Assembly: GCA_951406725.2 (NCBI GenBank) | Contig: OX597834.1 | Location: 23,126,001 to 23,190,000, forward strand | DNA length: 64,000 nt | From: Octopus vulgaris | Lineage: Eukaryota | Direction: 5' to 3' | Shown: positions 23,527 to 35,430 of the stretch, piece after piece | Layout of the letters: each line of letters begins with the position of its first letter | Position numbering within the stretch: position 1 is the stretch's first letter | Made by a program: the position numbers and the translations under genes | The notes under the pieces: generated by a model | What the model was told of the DNA's origin: nothing | Databases searched by the model: none | Seen by the model: only the letters and a program-made list of their open reading frames with translations

Positions 23527-23868
23527 ATATTGTTATATTTCGGAATGGTCATTTTGCCAGTTTAGCCAATAAAAACATACGCACTATATATTTGGTGTTA
23601 CTTTGCTTCAGTGTTATTTATTTTTTACATTAATCTTAATCTTATTTCGGCCAGAGTTCTTTCGTCACAGGAGTGTTATTTATTTTTACATTAATCTTAA
23701 TCTTATTTCGGCCAGAGTTCTTTCGTCACAGGAGTGTAACGAAAGAACTCTGGCCGAAATAAGATTAAGATTAATGTAAAAATAAATTACACTGAAGCAA
23801 AGTAACACCAAATATATAGTGCGTGTGTTTTTATTGGCTAAACTGGTAAAATGACCATTCCGAAATAT

Positions 23869-23876
<8 letters not shown>
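23527..23876. repeat. Long palindrome with an internal about 61-bp tandem duplication; probable Penelope-like inverted terminus in (TA)n
   Basis: Arms are reverse complements around TCACAGGAGTGTAA. Confidence 0.8.
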
Positions 23877-23926
<50 letters not shown>

Positions 23927-24179
23927 ATGTGTGTGTGCATGTTTGTGTTTGTCCCCCTCACCATCGCTTGGCAACCGATGTTGGTGTGTTTACGTTCCCG
24001 TATCTTAGCGGTTCGGCAAAAAAAAAAAAAAACTGATAGAATAAGTACTAGGCTTACAAAGAATAAGTCCTGGGGTCAATTTGCTCGACTAAATGCGGTG
24101 CTCCAGCATGGCCGCAGTCAAATGACTGAAACAAATAAAAGAATAAAACGTGCTTATATATATATGTGTATATATATCT

Positions 24180-24800
24180 ATACAATAATATGTTACATTA
24201 CTCAATAGTCAAGATAAAACTCTGAGTTTCAGATGCCGAAGTGGAAATCCACAACACCATCTCTTCGGTTATCTGGCTATTTGAAAACGTTATGAAAAAA
24301 TACCGTTATATAAAGGGAAATTACTGTGTTATAACTCTGCTTGCCTGCGTACTTATACATCGCTTGCATTTTTCGTCATAAAAATTATATAAAAATACAT
24401 AAAAAATATATAAAAATATATAAAATCTTCTTGGGACATAACATAGAAAGCATGTTCTATCTGTTTTCTTTAGGGGACCAAAAACGTAACAGAAATTTAG
24501 TCACATTTGGGGATGATCCGAAAAGTTCTGTCCTTGTGTTTAGACATGTAGTAGGGTCTAAGCTGCTTTTCCAGATAAGCCATCTCTCCATGTCGCATAG
24601 ACCGCACCTTCCGCTGCCGTTGGTATAGGGCTTACATCTGGCCAAAATCTTCCATTGTATGTTATAATCGACACCTTTATCTCTTAAAGACCAAATATGA
24701 TTAGATAATTGTGTCGCTTTTCTTTTGTTCCAGTGCCTAAAGCTCAAAGTGTGGTTATTGAACATGGACTTGAAATTACCCTCTGTAAGGCCCACGTATG
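24180..24800 (-). mobile_element. Penelope-like element 3' end: GIY-YIG endonuclease C-terminus and hammerhead-like motif (about 24212-24274)
   Basis: YVGLTEGNFK..NH..SF..TQLSNHIW..C.LC..E..LN; minus strand AGATAA-CCGAAGA-GATG..CATC-TGAAACTCAGAGTT-TTATCT. Confidence 0.8.
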
Positions 24801-24815
24801 TTTATATATATGTAT

Positions 24816-25950
24816 ACTAGCAGTATAGCCCGGCATTGCCCGGGTATGTAAGAGCCCCTAGTAGGCAACGACTAATCCCAATCTAGTGCTTTCCCTCTAG
24901 GGAACGAAGGCGCATGTATAGGTTGCAAATGTCTTCTCTTCACTTCCAAATAACTATCAAACAGCTATCGATAATTCAACCCAACCAATTCCTACCAGGA
25001 AGAAATTACATTCGAGATTTTACTTCTGCTAATAGCTGCTGCAGCCGCAAGTTATTCGAATACTTTTTTTGTTTACACTTTCTTTATAACTACCACCCCA
25101 AACGTTTTACCTTAAATTTTTGACGTACATTAAGGGTCCTCAGACGCTACTTGCAAACTCTTGGTTTATTATAAACTGCTTTTGTCGTGTGCACCAAAAA
25201 ACCCTTTTCCATTCGTTTGTTCAGTTTGGTCACTTTTGACTTTTTCGTTGTTGTCACATTGCTGCACGCTTTTTTGCCGTTTTTGTACATTTTTATACAT
25301 TTGGGGATACTTACCCCACGTATTCCGAGAGTTAAAAAGGTCGAGTTGCGTCCCCTAGACAGTCTGTGGTTTGTGTTTAATACATAAATCGGTTTGCTAT
25401 GTGTGCCACATATGATTTAATTAACCGATTTTTTCCAGTAATAAAGTATCCTATTGGAATAAAAAGGGCCATATAGCTCCTTGGAGCAGACATGATGCTC
25501 GCTGTGAACTTAAAAAAAAATTCCCGCCAATTTGTGAAAGATATTGTCGAAAATATATCATCTTGAATTTGAACGCGATTTCCCAAAATGGCATGATTTT
25601 ATCGATTTTTTCTGATATTAAGGTATTGCATGGAAAACTAACGTCAGAATTAAGTTTCTTAGGGTAACATTAAGCTTCACCATGAGTTTGGTGAAAATCG
25701 ATTACAAGTTGCAAAAACTACAATAGAAAATGTGTTGCATATAAAAAGCTTAGATTCTCGACCCCATGTCGAATTTATCGATTTTTTCAGAACTGGGGGA
25801 ACTTTTCAAAATTCTCGCTGCGTTAGTTTTGAATTATGACATTGGGCTATATGTGTGTCAAGTTTCATCAGAATCGGTTGAAAGCCGTGGTCAGGGTGAG
25901 GTTACAACCTGACAGACACACAGACACACAGACAGACAAACTGCCGTTTA
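24816..25950 (+). mobile_element. Non-autonomous Helitron/Helentron-like element
   Basis: 5' TACTAG..CCCGGC..GCCCGGG hairpin; 3' AAGTTTCAT..(CAGA)n..TTTATATAT. Confidence 0.6.
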
Positions 25951-26036
25951 TATATAATTAATTCGAGACAAAACCACTATTTTGCAAAACAAACAAGGAA
26001 ATACTTAAAAATTTTTAATATAAAGTAAATAAACCG

Positions 26037-26080
26037 CCACTACAATTGTTTCATGTCTTCAAATGACATTCGTCAGGTGG
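26037..26080 (-). ncRNA. Minimal type I hammerhead ribozyme (inverted copy)
   Basis: Exact reverse complement of 26123-26166. Confidence 0.75.
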
Positions 26081-26122
26081 ATTTCCGATCTTCTAATTAA
26101 AACTGATTAGAAGATCGGAAAT

Positions 26123-26166
26123 CCACCTGACGAATGTCATTTGAAGACATGAAACAATTGTAGTGG
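26123..26166 (+). ncRNA. Minimal type I hammerhead ribozyme
   Basis: Stem I CCAC/GTGG, core CTGACGA, stem II ATGTC/GACAT, GAAA, stem III C-AATT-G, GTA cleavage triplet. Confidence 0.8.
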
Positions 26167-26825
26167 CGGTTTATTTACTTTATATTAAAAATTTTTATGT
26201 ATTGATTAAGTCTTTCCTTGTTTGTTTTGCAAAATAGTGGTTTTGTCTCGAATTAATATTATATAATATTTTACTATAAAATTGGATTTAATCCTAAATC
26301 TGATTTTTTCCCTGTAAATTTGGATTTATTCCCTAATATTTATTATTATTATTATATATATATATATACATACATACATTTATGATGATTATGATGATGA
26401 TAACAATAGTAATCAGACAAACAACAGAAAATTTGAAAGAACAAAAAACAACAAAATAAAACATAAAGCTAAAAACTTCCGGCATTCTGTGGAGTGGATG
26501 GTGTGATGGGAGAGGTGGGGGTTGACGGGGGTAAGTGGTTGCGATTAAGAGTGGGGACGTCGGCGTGGCGGTGTGGTGGAGAGGACCAAGAAGGTGAGAA
26601 AGATGGTGGTGGTGGTGGTGGTTTATATGCAGAAACAAACGGAAACCATGATAAAAAAGGAAAAATAGGAGTCTTTTATGATAAAGAGGAATGACAACAG
26701 TTTAGTTGCCCTTGTTGCTGTGCTTTTAATGTTTGATTAGTGGAAATAAATGTATTGTGAACGAAGAGGTCATATACGACAGTCACTCGCCAACATACGT
26801 TTCATATTTACCAATTTAATCAACA

Positions 26826-26879
26826 ATGACAAATTCAAACGTATCCATGTTTCCATTATTGTGCCAGGAATATTTCTGG
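26826..26879 (+). CDS. ABCC1-like: ABCC/MRP transporter coding exon 1 (MTNSNVSMFPLLCQEYFW)
   Basis: Cys..FW then GTAAGT donor in phase 0, matching the MRP1 exon-1 pattern and the phase of the next exon. Confidence 0.65.
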
Positions 26880-27174
26880 GTAAGTGAAAAAGAAAGAAAA
26901 GCCCTTATTTTTTTTACTGTAGTTGTTTTTCATTTCCATGCTGCAAAACCAGGTTGTCCGAGCATTCTCTCAGGTCTCCTTCCATTAAACACTTAAAAAG
27001 TTCATTTTTGAAGCATCCACCCCGCCACTCTTTCTCTATTTCTCTTTTTACACATTATCCCTTTATTCATCTCAACTTTTCTCCTAATGAGATATTTTCT
27101 CTCTCTCTCATACACTGGCGCGCAGCAGTTTCACTTTTAACCAAAAGACCCAACTTGAAGGCCAAATCAAATCT

Positions 27175-27259
27175 ATCTGTCACCTATCTATCTATCTGTT
27201 TATCATCTATCTATCTATCTATCTATCTGTCTATCATCTATCTATCTATCACCTATCTG

Positions 27260-27341
<82 letters not shown>

Positions 27342-27350
27342 ATCTATCTA
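27175..27350. repeat. (TATC)n microsatellite
   Basis: Direct observation. Confidence 0.95.
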
Positions 27351-27619
27351 TTTCTCGATGTATCTATCTTTGTTCCTTTCTCCATTTTCTCTCCCGGTTT
27401 TGTATTTGTATTTTTAATGTTTTGTATTATAAATGTTTCATATACATAGGTGTTATATTCCAATAAAAGGTACTCACCCCACCCAAACAAAAACATTAAA
27501 ATACAAATTCAAAACCAAAGAAAACACACTTAAGTGAAGACAGAAAGAAAAAACACGTCAATTTAACACCAAGTGTCTCAGTTTTGTAAGATTTTGCCGG
27601 CAAATTTTTAAATTAACGT

Positions 27620-28532
27620 AAACATTTATTTACGTAAAGGAGAATTACCGGAGAACTTTCATCTAATTCTTCCAAATCTTTCTGTCAAAACTGAATCGGT
27701 AGGCCGCACACCACGAAGTTCAACGAAACTTACTGAAGCAACCAGCACATTCGCGGCATTACGACGGGCGATGGCGAGGCTAAGGCATTGAAACAACCCA
27801 GTATCCTCACGGGCATCATGTGGCACCTTGGGAAGGCGAACTGCCAGCGGTGACAAGAACTTCGTTGTTAGCAGCCAAGCTTCCCCAGATGTCTCAAACG
27901 CCACAGGCCCTTCCATTTATTGCAACATCCAGGATGTTCAAGGGAGCAAAGGAGTCACAGACTATGGTGCTCCAGATAAGGCACCTACCTCTTACCCACA
28001 GACAGAGGGTAAGACCATCTGGTCTTTTCCCATCACTTCTGTATAATTCAGTCGACTCCAGAACTAAAGGGATATTAACCTGAGCCAAGGCTCGTTTAAT
28101 GATGAAGTTTGGCTCGGTGTGATAAGCGAAACGACCAGCATTTAGGCAACAAGACAGACCTGTGGAGTTGAGGGGCCTACCACAGCGACATTTCAGTTCC
28201 CCACAGACGTCGGCTCCCACTCTGAATGCGATGGTGATGCTGAGCTCATCTACACCGAAGAGACCATCGATGTTGGTCACAGGCAGGGCATCAATCTAGT
28301 CTCTCGAGAATTTTGCCCAAGCAGAAAGTAGGTGACACCTTGATTGTCACATACTCTCTGCTTCCGTCTACCTTCAGCTGTATCAGGATCTGACAAACCC
28401 AGCTCTCTCCACTGTAGCAGAGCTTCATCCATCTCCCCGTTGGAATTAGTTCATGTTGGAGACGAAAGGATGTTACAAGCATGGATTGAGGAAAGAAAAC
28501 AGGGAAGAGATAGAGACAAGCACTTGCGCAGA
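27620..28532 (-). mobile_element. CRE-clade non-LTR retrotransposon 3' remnant (zinc knuckle + restriction-like endonuclease)
   Basis: C.CG....GLSC...GR..H, DGKRPDGLTL, PVAFETSG, FQCLSLAIARRNAA motifs; frameshifted. Confidence 0.8.
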
Positions 28533-28544
28533 CCCCCAAAATAT

Positions 28545-28757
28545 TCTTTTCTACTCGAGGCACAAGGCCCGACATTTTTGGGGAGGGGGTCAGTCGATTA
28601 GATCGACCTCAGTATGCAACTGGTACTTAATTTATCGACTCCGAAAGGATGAAAGGCAAAGTCAACCTCGGCGGGATTTCAACTCAGAATGTAAAGACAG
28701 ATTAAATACTGCTAAGCATTTCGCCCGGTGTGCTAACGTTTCTGCCAGCTCGCCGTC
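28545..28757 (-). mobile_element. MESC/Meta-like SINE, full length
   Basis: Ends in the reverse complement of GGCGAGCTGGCAGAA; second copy at 28930-29158. Confidence 0.75.
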
Positions 28758-30400
28758 TTTATTTTGTATTATATATGTTTCATATACATAGGTGTTATAT
28801 TCCAATGAAAGGTACTCACCGCCACCCAAACAAAAACATTAAAATACAAATTCAAAACCAAAGAAAACACACTTAAGTGAAGAAAGAAAAAAAGAAGAAA
28901 AGGGAAAAACACGTCAATTTTAACGTTTCTTATTTCTTTGTTGCCCACAAGGGGCTAAACATAGAGGGGACAAACAAGGACAGACAAAGGTGTTAAGTCG
29001 ATTATATCGACTCCAGTATATTACTGGTACTTAATTTATCCCGAAAGGATGAAAGGCAAAGTCAACCTCGGCGGGATTTCAACTCAGAACGTAACGGCAG
29101 ACGAAATACTGCTTAGCATTTCGCCCGGCGTGCTAACGTTTTTGCCAGCTTGCCGCCTAAATGGGAAGAAAATATTGAAAAACATCAATACTTGTCAGAG
29201 TGAGAAAGAAACGAGGAAGAATGATGATGGGATATGCTAGAAACAACAGTCAAATCTCCCTTTAATCCCACACCTTTTCTTCTGAATATATTTACTTTTT
29301 TTTAAAAAAGCTTTTAGTGCCCACAAAACCGACCGAAATTGATCCGGAGAGGGGTTAAGAAAAAAAAAAAAACGTTTTCCGAAAACTTTTTTTCCAGATC
29401 ATTGTCAAAGATATGAAAAAAAATCTGAATAATCCCAGGCAAAATGGAGAAATTCCAATTTATGTGGGCCACCTGTCGCTGACATCTGGCAAAATTAATA
29501 AACAAACATTACAAAAATAAAAATTACACAAAAACAATGTATGAACAGCGTGGTTTGCACGTTTAAAAAAACAAACTCCGACATTAATAAGCGTGGCATC
29601 AGCGACTTTTTTCCTTTTTAAACTATTTCTTTCATTCCAACCCCCTTATGTATGTCACTACAACATGCTCTATCGTCCTCAAAGGGAGACCTGAACCATA
29701 TCCGTGGTGACATACATCTCTTTATTTGAATGCTCAAGGATTCTTTTTCTCATAAATTGTTGGTTTGTCAGTATTTTCTGTCTGTGTGTGTGTGTCTGTC
29801 TATCTATCTATCTATCTGTCTGTCTGTCTAAAAAAATTCCCACGGTTATATTTTTTGGTCATTTTTTCGTTTTTTTTAAAAATTTTTACTTGTTGCAGTC
29901 ATTAGACTGTGGCCATGAAGAATTTTTAGTCAAATGTATCGACCCTAGAATTTTTATAAATGATTTTCAACCAGCGCATGAAGTTAAGCCTAGAAGGTCT
30001 CTCCACATGCTAGAAATAACAGCCAAATCTTTTGAAAATTTTTTGGTTATTCTTCGATTTTTTTTTATTTTCTAAAAATCTTTTTACTTGTTTCAGTTAT
30101 TGGACTGTGACCACGTGGGGGGCACAGCCTTGAGGAATTTTTAGTCGAATGTAGCGACCCCAGAATCTATTTTTAGGTGATTTTCTACCAGCACATAAAG
30201 TTAAGCCTAGAAGGTCGCTCCACATGCTAGAAATAACAGCCAAGTCTTAAAAAAAGTTTTCTGATAATTTCACGTAAACAAAAAAAGGAAAATTCTATTT
30301 TCCAAAATTCAAATTTTTAAGTAAACAAAATATATTCAATCGAAAATAAATAAGTAGAATAGAATAACAGAAATACACTTCTATATTTAAAAGATGAGGA

Positions 30401-30555
30401 ATTATTTACATTATTTACAATTGACGGATATTTGTCCTCATCTTGTTTGTTGTTAACACACCGTTTCGGATGATATACCCGCCAACCTTCATCAGGTGTC
30501 TTGGGGAAATTTCGAACCTGGGTTCTTATTCCTAAAGTATTTTTCGATGTTGTTA

Positions 30556-30610
<55 letters not shown>

Positions 30611-30832
30611 GAGCGCGGGCTACTAACCCCAAGATTCTGAGTTCGATTCCAGGCAGTGACCTAAATAACAACAACAACATCATCATCATCGAAAAATACC
30701 TTAGGAATGAGAACCCAGGCTCGAAATTTCCCCAAGACACCTGATGAAGGCTGGAGGTTATATCAGCCGAAACGTGTTAACAACAAACAAGATGAGGACA
30801 AATATCCGTCAATTGTAAATAATGTAAATAAT
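30401..30832. mobile_element. Palindromic Penelope-like terminal element with hammerhead-like cores in both arms, (ATT)n and a tRNA-like fragment in the loop
   Basis: GACAC-CTGATGA-A-GGCTG..CAGCC-GAAAC at 30736-30773 and inverted at about 30463-30500; flanking direct repeat TAGAATAACAGAA. Confidence 0.75.
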
Positions 30833-31329
30833 GTAGAATAACAGAACACGAGTCTCCTTACTACTCAATGTACAAATTGTCTGAATTCTAACAAATGGGA
30901 AAACATTTACTTCAAGAAATGTGTAGAAACGTAAAAATGACAAGAAGTACACTTGAATGACTGACTAGCCATTGGCACCATAATCCTGTTAGAACTTCAA
31001 TGGCTGGAGAAAGTTCAAAATGCCAGTTCATTCTCATTAATCTGGAAGTGTTGAGAAAATAAAATAAAAGACTTTAAATTTAAATTTTAAAATGCTGATT
31101 TCTCTGCGTCTAAAAATTCTTGAAGGCAGTGCCCCAGCATGGCTGCAAGTCTAATAACTGCAACAAGTAAAAATAAAATAAAAAAATTCTAGCATTGATA
31201 TGTTCAACTAAAAATTCTTCAAGGTGGTGCCCCAGCATGGCCACAGTTGAATTACTGAAACAAGTAAAAGGTGAACCCTCCCCCCCCAAAATAACTGTAA
31301 AATATAACAAAATATAGTAAATATAACAA

Positions 31330-31521
31330 ATGAAAAATCCTTCAAGAATCCATAAAAATTCCTGAATCACTTCCAAAATTTCATCATCTGTTCCTTGTGT
31401 CATTACCAACTTTTCCTGCGAGTTTCATCAAATACCGTTCACAACTTTTTGAGTTATTTTGCACACAGACAGACAAACCAACGCCGATGAAAACATGACC
31501 TCCTTCCTTGGCGGAGGTAAT
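31330..31521 (+). mobile_element. Helentron-associated (DINE-1/HINE-like) 3' end
   Basis: AGTTTCATCAAA..TTGAGTTAT..CAGACAGACAAAC..ACCTCC..GGCGGAGGTAA. Confidence 0.6.
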
Positions 31522-32071
31522 AAATATGTCATGACTAAAGACATGTTTGAACAAAAATAATTTTTAATATTACATTTCTGTCTTAAATGATATTTTTAAG
31601 GCATGCAGTCTTCTTTGTTTCCTTCATGTATTGTGATCTCCATTATATTTTTCGTGATATTATATAAAATTGTTCATCTGTCTTTACGTTCTGAGTTTAA
31701 ATTCCACTGAGGTCGACTTTGCCTTTCATCCCTTCAGGGTCAATAAATTAAGCACCAGTTGTGTACTGGGGTTGATCTAATTGACTGGACCCTCCCCCAA
31801 AATTCCGGGCCTTGTGCCTAGGGTAGAAAAGATTATATAAAATTGTTGTGTACCCTAACTTTTTAAACATTTAGAATGAACGGGTAAAGAAAGTGCAGTC
31901 AATACTTGAGTGAATATTTGAAATATGGATTTATTCCATCTATAAATAAAAAATGAGCAATTGTCACTATGTTTAATACGTAGGAAAAAGTTCTCAAATG
32001 AAGCAATAAAACCTTCAAGAATAATTGATAAGTTGCCTACCAGACAAACTTGGCAAATACAGAAGGGGGTT

Positions 32072-32406
32072 TTCTGTTGTGTCTGGGGAAAGTCATTTTC
32101 TTTTTGTGCTTTATAATGCAACACACTCACCGGTAAAATTTCCACTTATTTCTTATTTTTATTTTCCTAAAATTTTCATTGCGTCTTGCAACCTTTTCAA
32201 TAGTCTAAAATTTTTGTTGCGCCTTGCAACCTTTTCAATAGTCTTGCGTCTTGCAACCTTTTCAATAGTGAAGACTATTGAAAAGGTTGCAAGACGCAAT
32301 GAAAATTTTAGGAAAATAAAAATAAGAAATAAGTGGAAATTTTACCGGTGAGTGTGTTACATTATAAGGCTCAAAAAGAAAATGACTCTCCCCAGACACA
32401 ACAGAA
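32072..32406. repeat. Long palindrome with internal short tandem copies; probable Penelope-like terminus
   Basis: Arms are reverse complements; a single arm recurs at 55879-56040 next to a Penelope-like coding remnant. Confidence 0.8.
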
Positions 32407-32434
32407 TATGCTTCAACACACAAACTCATATAAA

Positions 32435-33665
32435 GAATCTGGCAAACCAAATCCAAAAACGGAAGAAGGGGGTTTGTTATGTCTTATAAACTTTCAAAAT
32501 TAATTGTGAAAAATGGCAAAGCACATACTATTGGCAAAACTCTTCTCTTACCAGCTATAACTGAAGTTTTGAAAGCTATGATTTACCTAGGTAAAAGTGC
32601 TGTAACAGCAGCAAGAATAGATGACATGACGAAAGATGTGGAAAGTAAACTATGTGATCATCATCATCATCATCATCATTGTTTAACATCCATTTTTCAT
32701 GCAGGCATGGGTTAGACGGTTTGATTGAGGTCTGGCAAGCCAGCAGCTGCATCAGGTTTCAATCTGATCTGGCAATGTTTTTACAGCTGGATGCCCTTAC
32801 TAATGTCAGCCACTCTGAGAGTGTAGTGGGTACTTTTTACATGCCACCAGTATGGGAGCCAGTCAGGCAGGCCTGGTATCGATCGCGTTCGGAGGATGCT
32901 TTTTACATGCCACCGGCACAAGCCAGTCAGGGAGTACTGGCAATGACCACGATCGGTTGGCGTTTTTTACGTGCCACCGGCACAGGAGCCAGTCAGGCAG
33001 ACCTGGCATTGATCATGTTCAGATAGTGCTTTTTATGTGCCACTGGCACAAGAACCAGTCAAGGAGTATTGGTATCGGCCATGATCTGTTGGTGCTTTTT
33101 ACATGCCACCGGCACAGGAGCCAGTCAGGCAGGCCTGGTATCGATCGTGTTCGGAGGATGCTTCTTACATGCCACCGGCACAAGCCAGTCAGGGAGTACT
33201 GGCAATGACCATGATCGGTTAGTGCTTTTTACGTGCCACCAGCACAGGAGCCAGTCAGGCAGACCTGGCATTGAACATGTTCAGATAGTGCTTTTTATGT
33301 GCCACTGGCACAAGAACCAGTCAAGGAGTATTGGTATCGGCCATGATCCGTTGGTGCTTTTTACATGCCACCGGTACAGGAGCCAGTCAGGTGGGCCTGG
33401 CATCAATCATGTTCGGATGGTGCTTTTTACGTGCCACCAGCACAGGAGACAGTCAGGCAGACCTGACATTGATCATGTTCAGATGGTGGCTTTAAAAAAA
33501 TGAAAAATATTTTCTCTACAACTTGAATCAACTTTATGTGACAATGAAACTTTGCTAATGGCCTACGTGCATTATGTAAATTCCAATCAGGAAATCTTAG
33601 AAGAGTTTCTACTTACTGAAAAGATGGTACTTGACTCAAAAGGTTCTACAATTTTTAAGATCCTT
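32435..33665 (+). mobile_element. hAT (Charlie/Buster-like) transposase remnant split by an RTE-X tail insertion
   Basis: SYKLSKLI.K.GKAHTIG.TLLLPA..ARIDDM..DVE resumes after 33490 as FSLQLES..LLMAYV..EEFL. Confidence 0.7.
32656..33490 (-). mobile_element. RTE-X 3' tail with an amplified about 65-bp tandem array
   Basis: (CAT)n + GGATGCCCTT motif, then 10 units of TGCTTTTTAC(G/A)TGCCAC..CCAGTCA. Confidence 0.8.
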
Positions 33666-34032
33666 TACTTGTTTCAGTCATTAGACTATGGCCATGCTGG
33701 GAAAACCTCCTTCAACAAATTTTAGTCAAATGATTTGACTCCAGTACTTTAGTTTTTGTTAAGCTTGGTACTTTATCGATGACTTTTGCTGAACTGCTAA
33801 GTTACTTTCACACCTACTTAACCAATAAGGTTTCTTAGTTACTAAGCAAACATGATATCCTGTTAATTTCATAATGGAATCTAATTTTCTTCTAATAATC
33901 CCATGGTGTAGCTTCAAAGATTGGACATGAATGACATTAAATGATGATGATGATGATGATGTTGATGATGATAAATATCGGAAGATCAGAAATGAATGAC
34001 ATTGCCTGCATGATAAGGAAGGACAAGGAAAC

Positions 34033-34070
<38 letters not shown>

Positions 34071-34739
34071 GCACGCACATACACACACCATATCCATTAC
34101 TGTCATTTTTTCTTTTTTCACCCTAAACTGACTTTCAAACTTTTTATCGTGCAATTCTGACCCCAGAAGAAACTTATCTATGCTCTGTAAAGATCCATCA
34201 TTAGCGTTGGCTTTGAAGCTACACCATGGGATTAATAGAAGAAAATTAGATTCCATTATGAGATTAACAGGATATCATGTTTGCTTAGTAACTAAGAAAT
34301 CTTATTGGTTAAGTAGGTATGAACGTAGTTGGTCCTTTTTATGTTGAATTTCATTTGTGAAATTTTGCATCCTGAAACAGAATGTGTCTTCGGAGTCTTA
34401 TTTTCCTAGAAATCAGGAAATACTCTGACATCTGAGTGTGTGTGTATCAATATGTATGCATATATATATATATATGTATACATACATACATACATATATA
34501 TATATATAAAATTTAGATTCAAATGAATATGATACTTGAGACACTAGAATTTAGTATGGTATTATCCATACAATTTCAAATCAAGGTGATTAAAATCAAA
34601 ATAAGCAACAAGGATATCCTTATTCCGCTAAAAAGTAATAAGACACATATATATATATATATGTAATTATATTTATATATACATGTGCTTGAGATTGTGT
34701 ATTTGGCTGTTTTATATGTATATATATTTATGAAAAGTA

Positions 34740-35083
34740 CAGTATTAAATATCCATCATGGCTGGTCTTATTAATTGGTTTCTCGCAAAAGTACAATGGA
34801 ATGTGAGGTAACAATCTGATTAAATAACTTTACACTCATCAGAGTTAGACGATATGGAAGGGAATATGACAACTACTTTCTCCAACCAATTCATAATCTA
34901 ACAACTATACTTTCAGAGAATTTTTCTCCACTTCTCATTAGAAAGAGCAGTTGCCATATTCCGTTCCAAATTGGTTTATTTTGATGAGTGTAAAGTATAT
35001 AATCAGACTGTTACCTAACACTCCATTGTATTTTTTACACGAAACCGATTGGTAGGATCAGCTGTGATGGATATTTAATACTA
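34740..35083. mobile_element. MITE with long decayed TIRs, TA TSD
   Basis: TA|CAGTATTAAATATCCATCA ... TGATGGATATTTAATACTA|TA; arms pair over more than 100 bp. Confidence 0.75.
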
Positions 35084-35430
35084 TACTGCTGACAGATATA
35101 CGAGTGCATCTTTTCTCTGACTTAGGGTCTGCAGACCGGTGCTGGTCTGCAAGCCATCAGTTACTGGTACATGGTGAGTTTCCAGAAAAGAAAGGAACAT
35201 TATCGAATGCTTATGTCATATTGTATTATTTGTTTACAAAATAAATGCAAGATAAAAAAAAAATGTCAACCTTTATTATATTCATTATATTGTTTCCGGT
35301 ATGAATTAATATTATTAAGAAATATTACCGGTCCCTGGCACATTGGAAAAAAAAAAACTGCTGGTATGCCACATTAGGTAGTCTGAGAAGCACTATTGTA
35401 CATGACTTACGTGCATGTATATATATATAT

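Larger units (their letters stand above)
25957..26257. repeat. About 300-bp palindrome (Penelope-like inverted terminus)
   Basis: About 140-bp arms are near-perfect reverse complements with a short loop at about 26098-26105. Confidence 0.9.

Noticed and set aside
30608-30662. tRNA gene
   Set aside because: Only anticodon- and T-arm-like parts; no D-arm or acceptor stem
30492-30744. Mirror ORFs on both strands (MSWGNFEPG...)
   Set aside because: By-product of the palindrome and (ATT)n
32272-32312. Hammerhead in the 32072 palindrome (and in 23527-23876)
   Set aside because: A stem followed by GAAA is present but the CUGANGA core is not intact
32828-33490. CRISPR-like repeat/spacer appearance
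   Set aside because: Spacers are homologous to each other, context is eukaryotic, no cas genes
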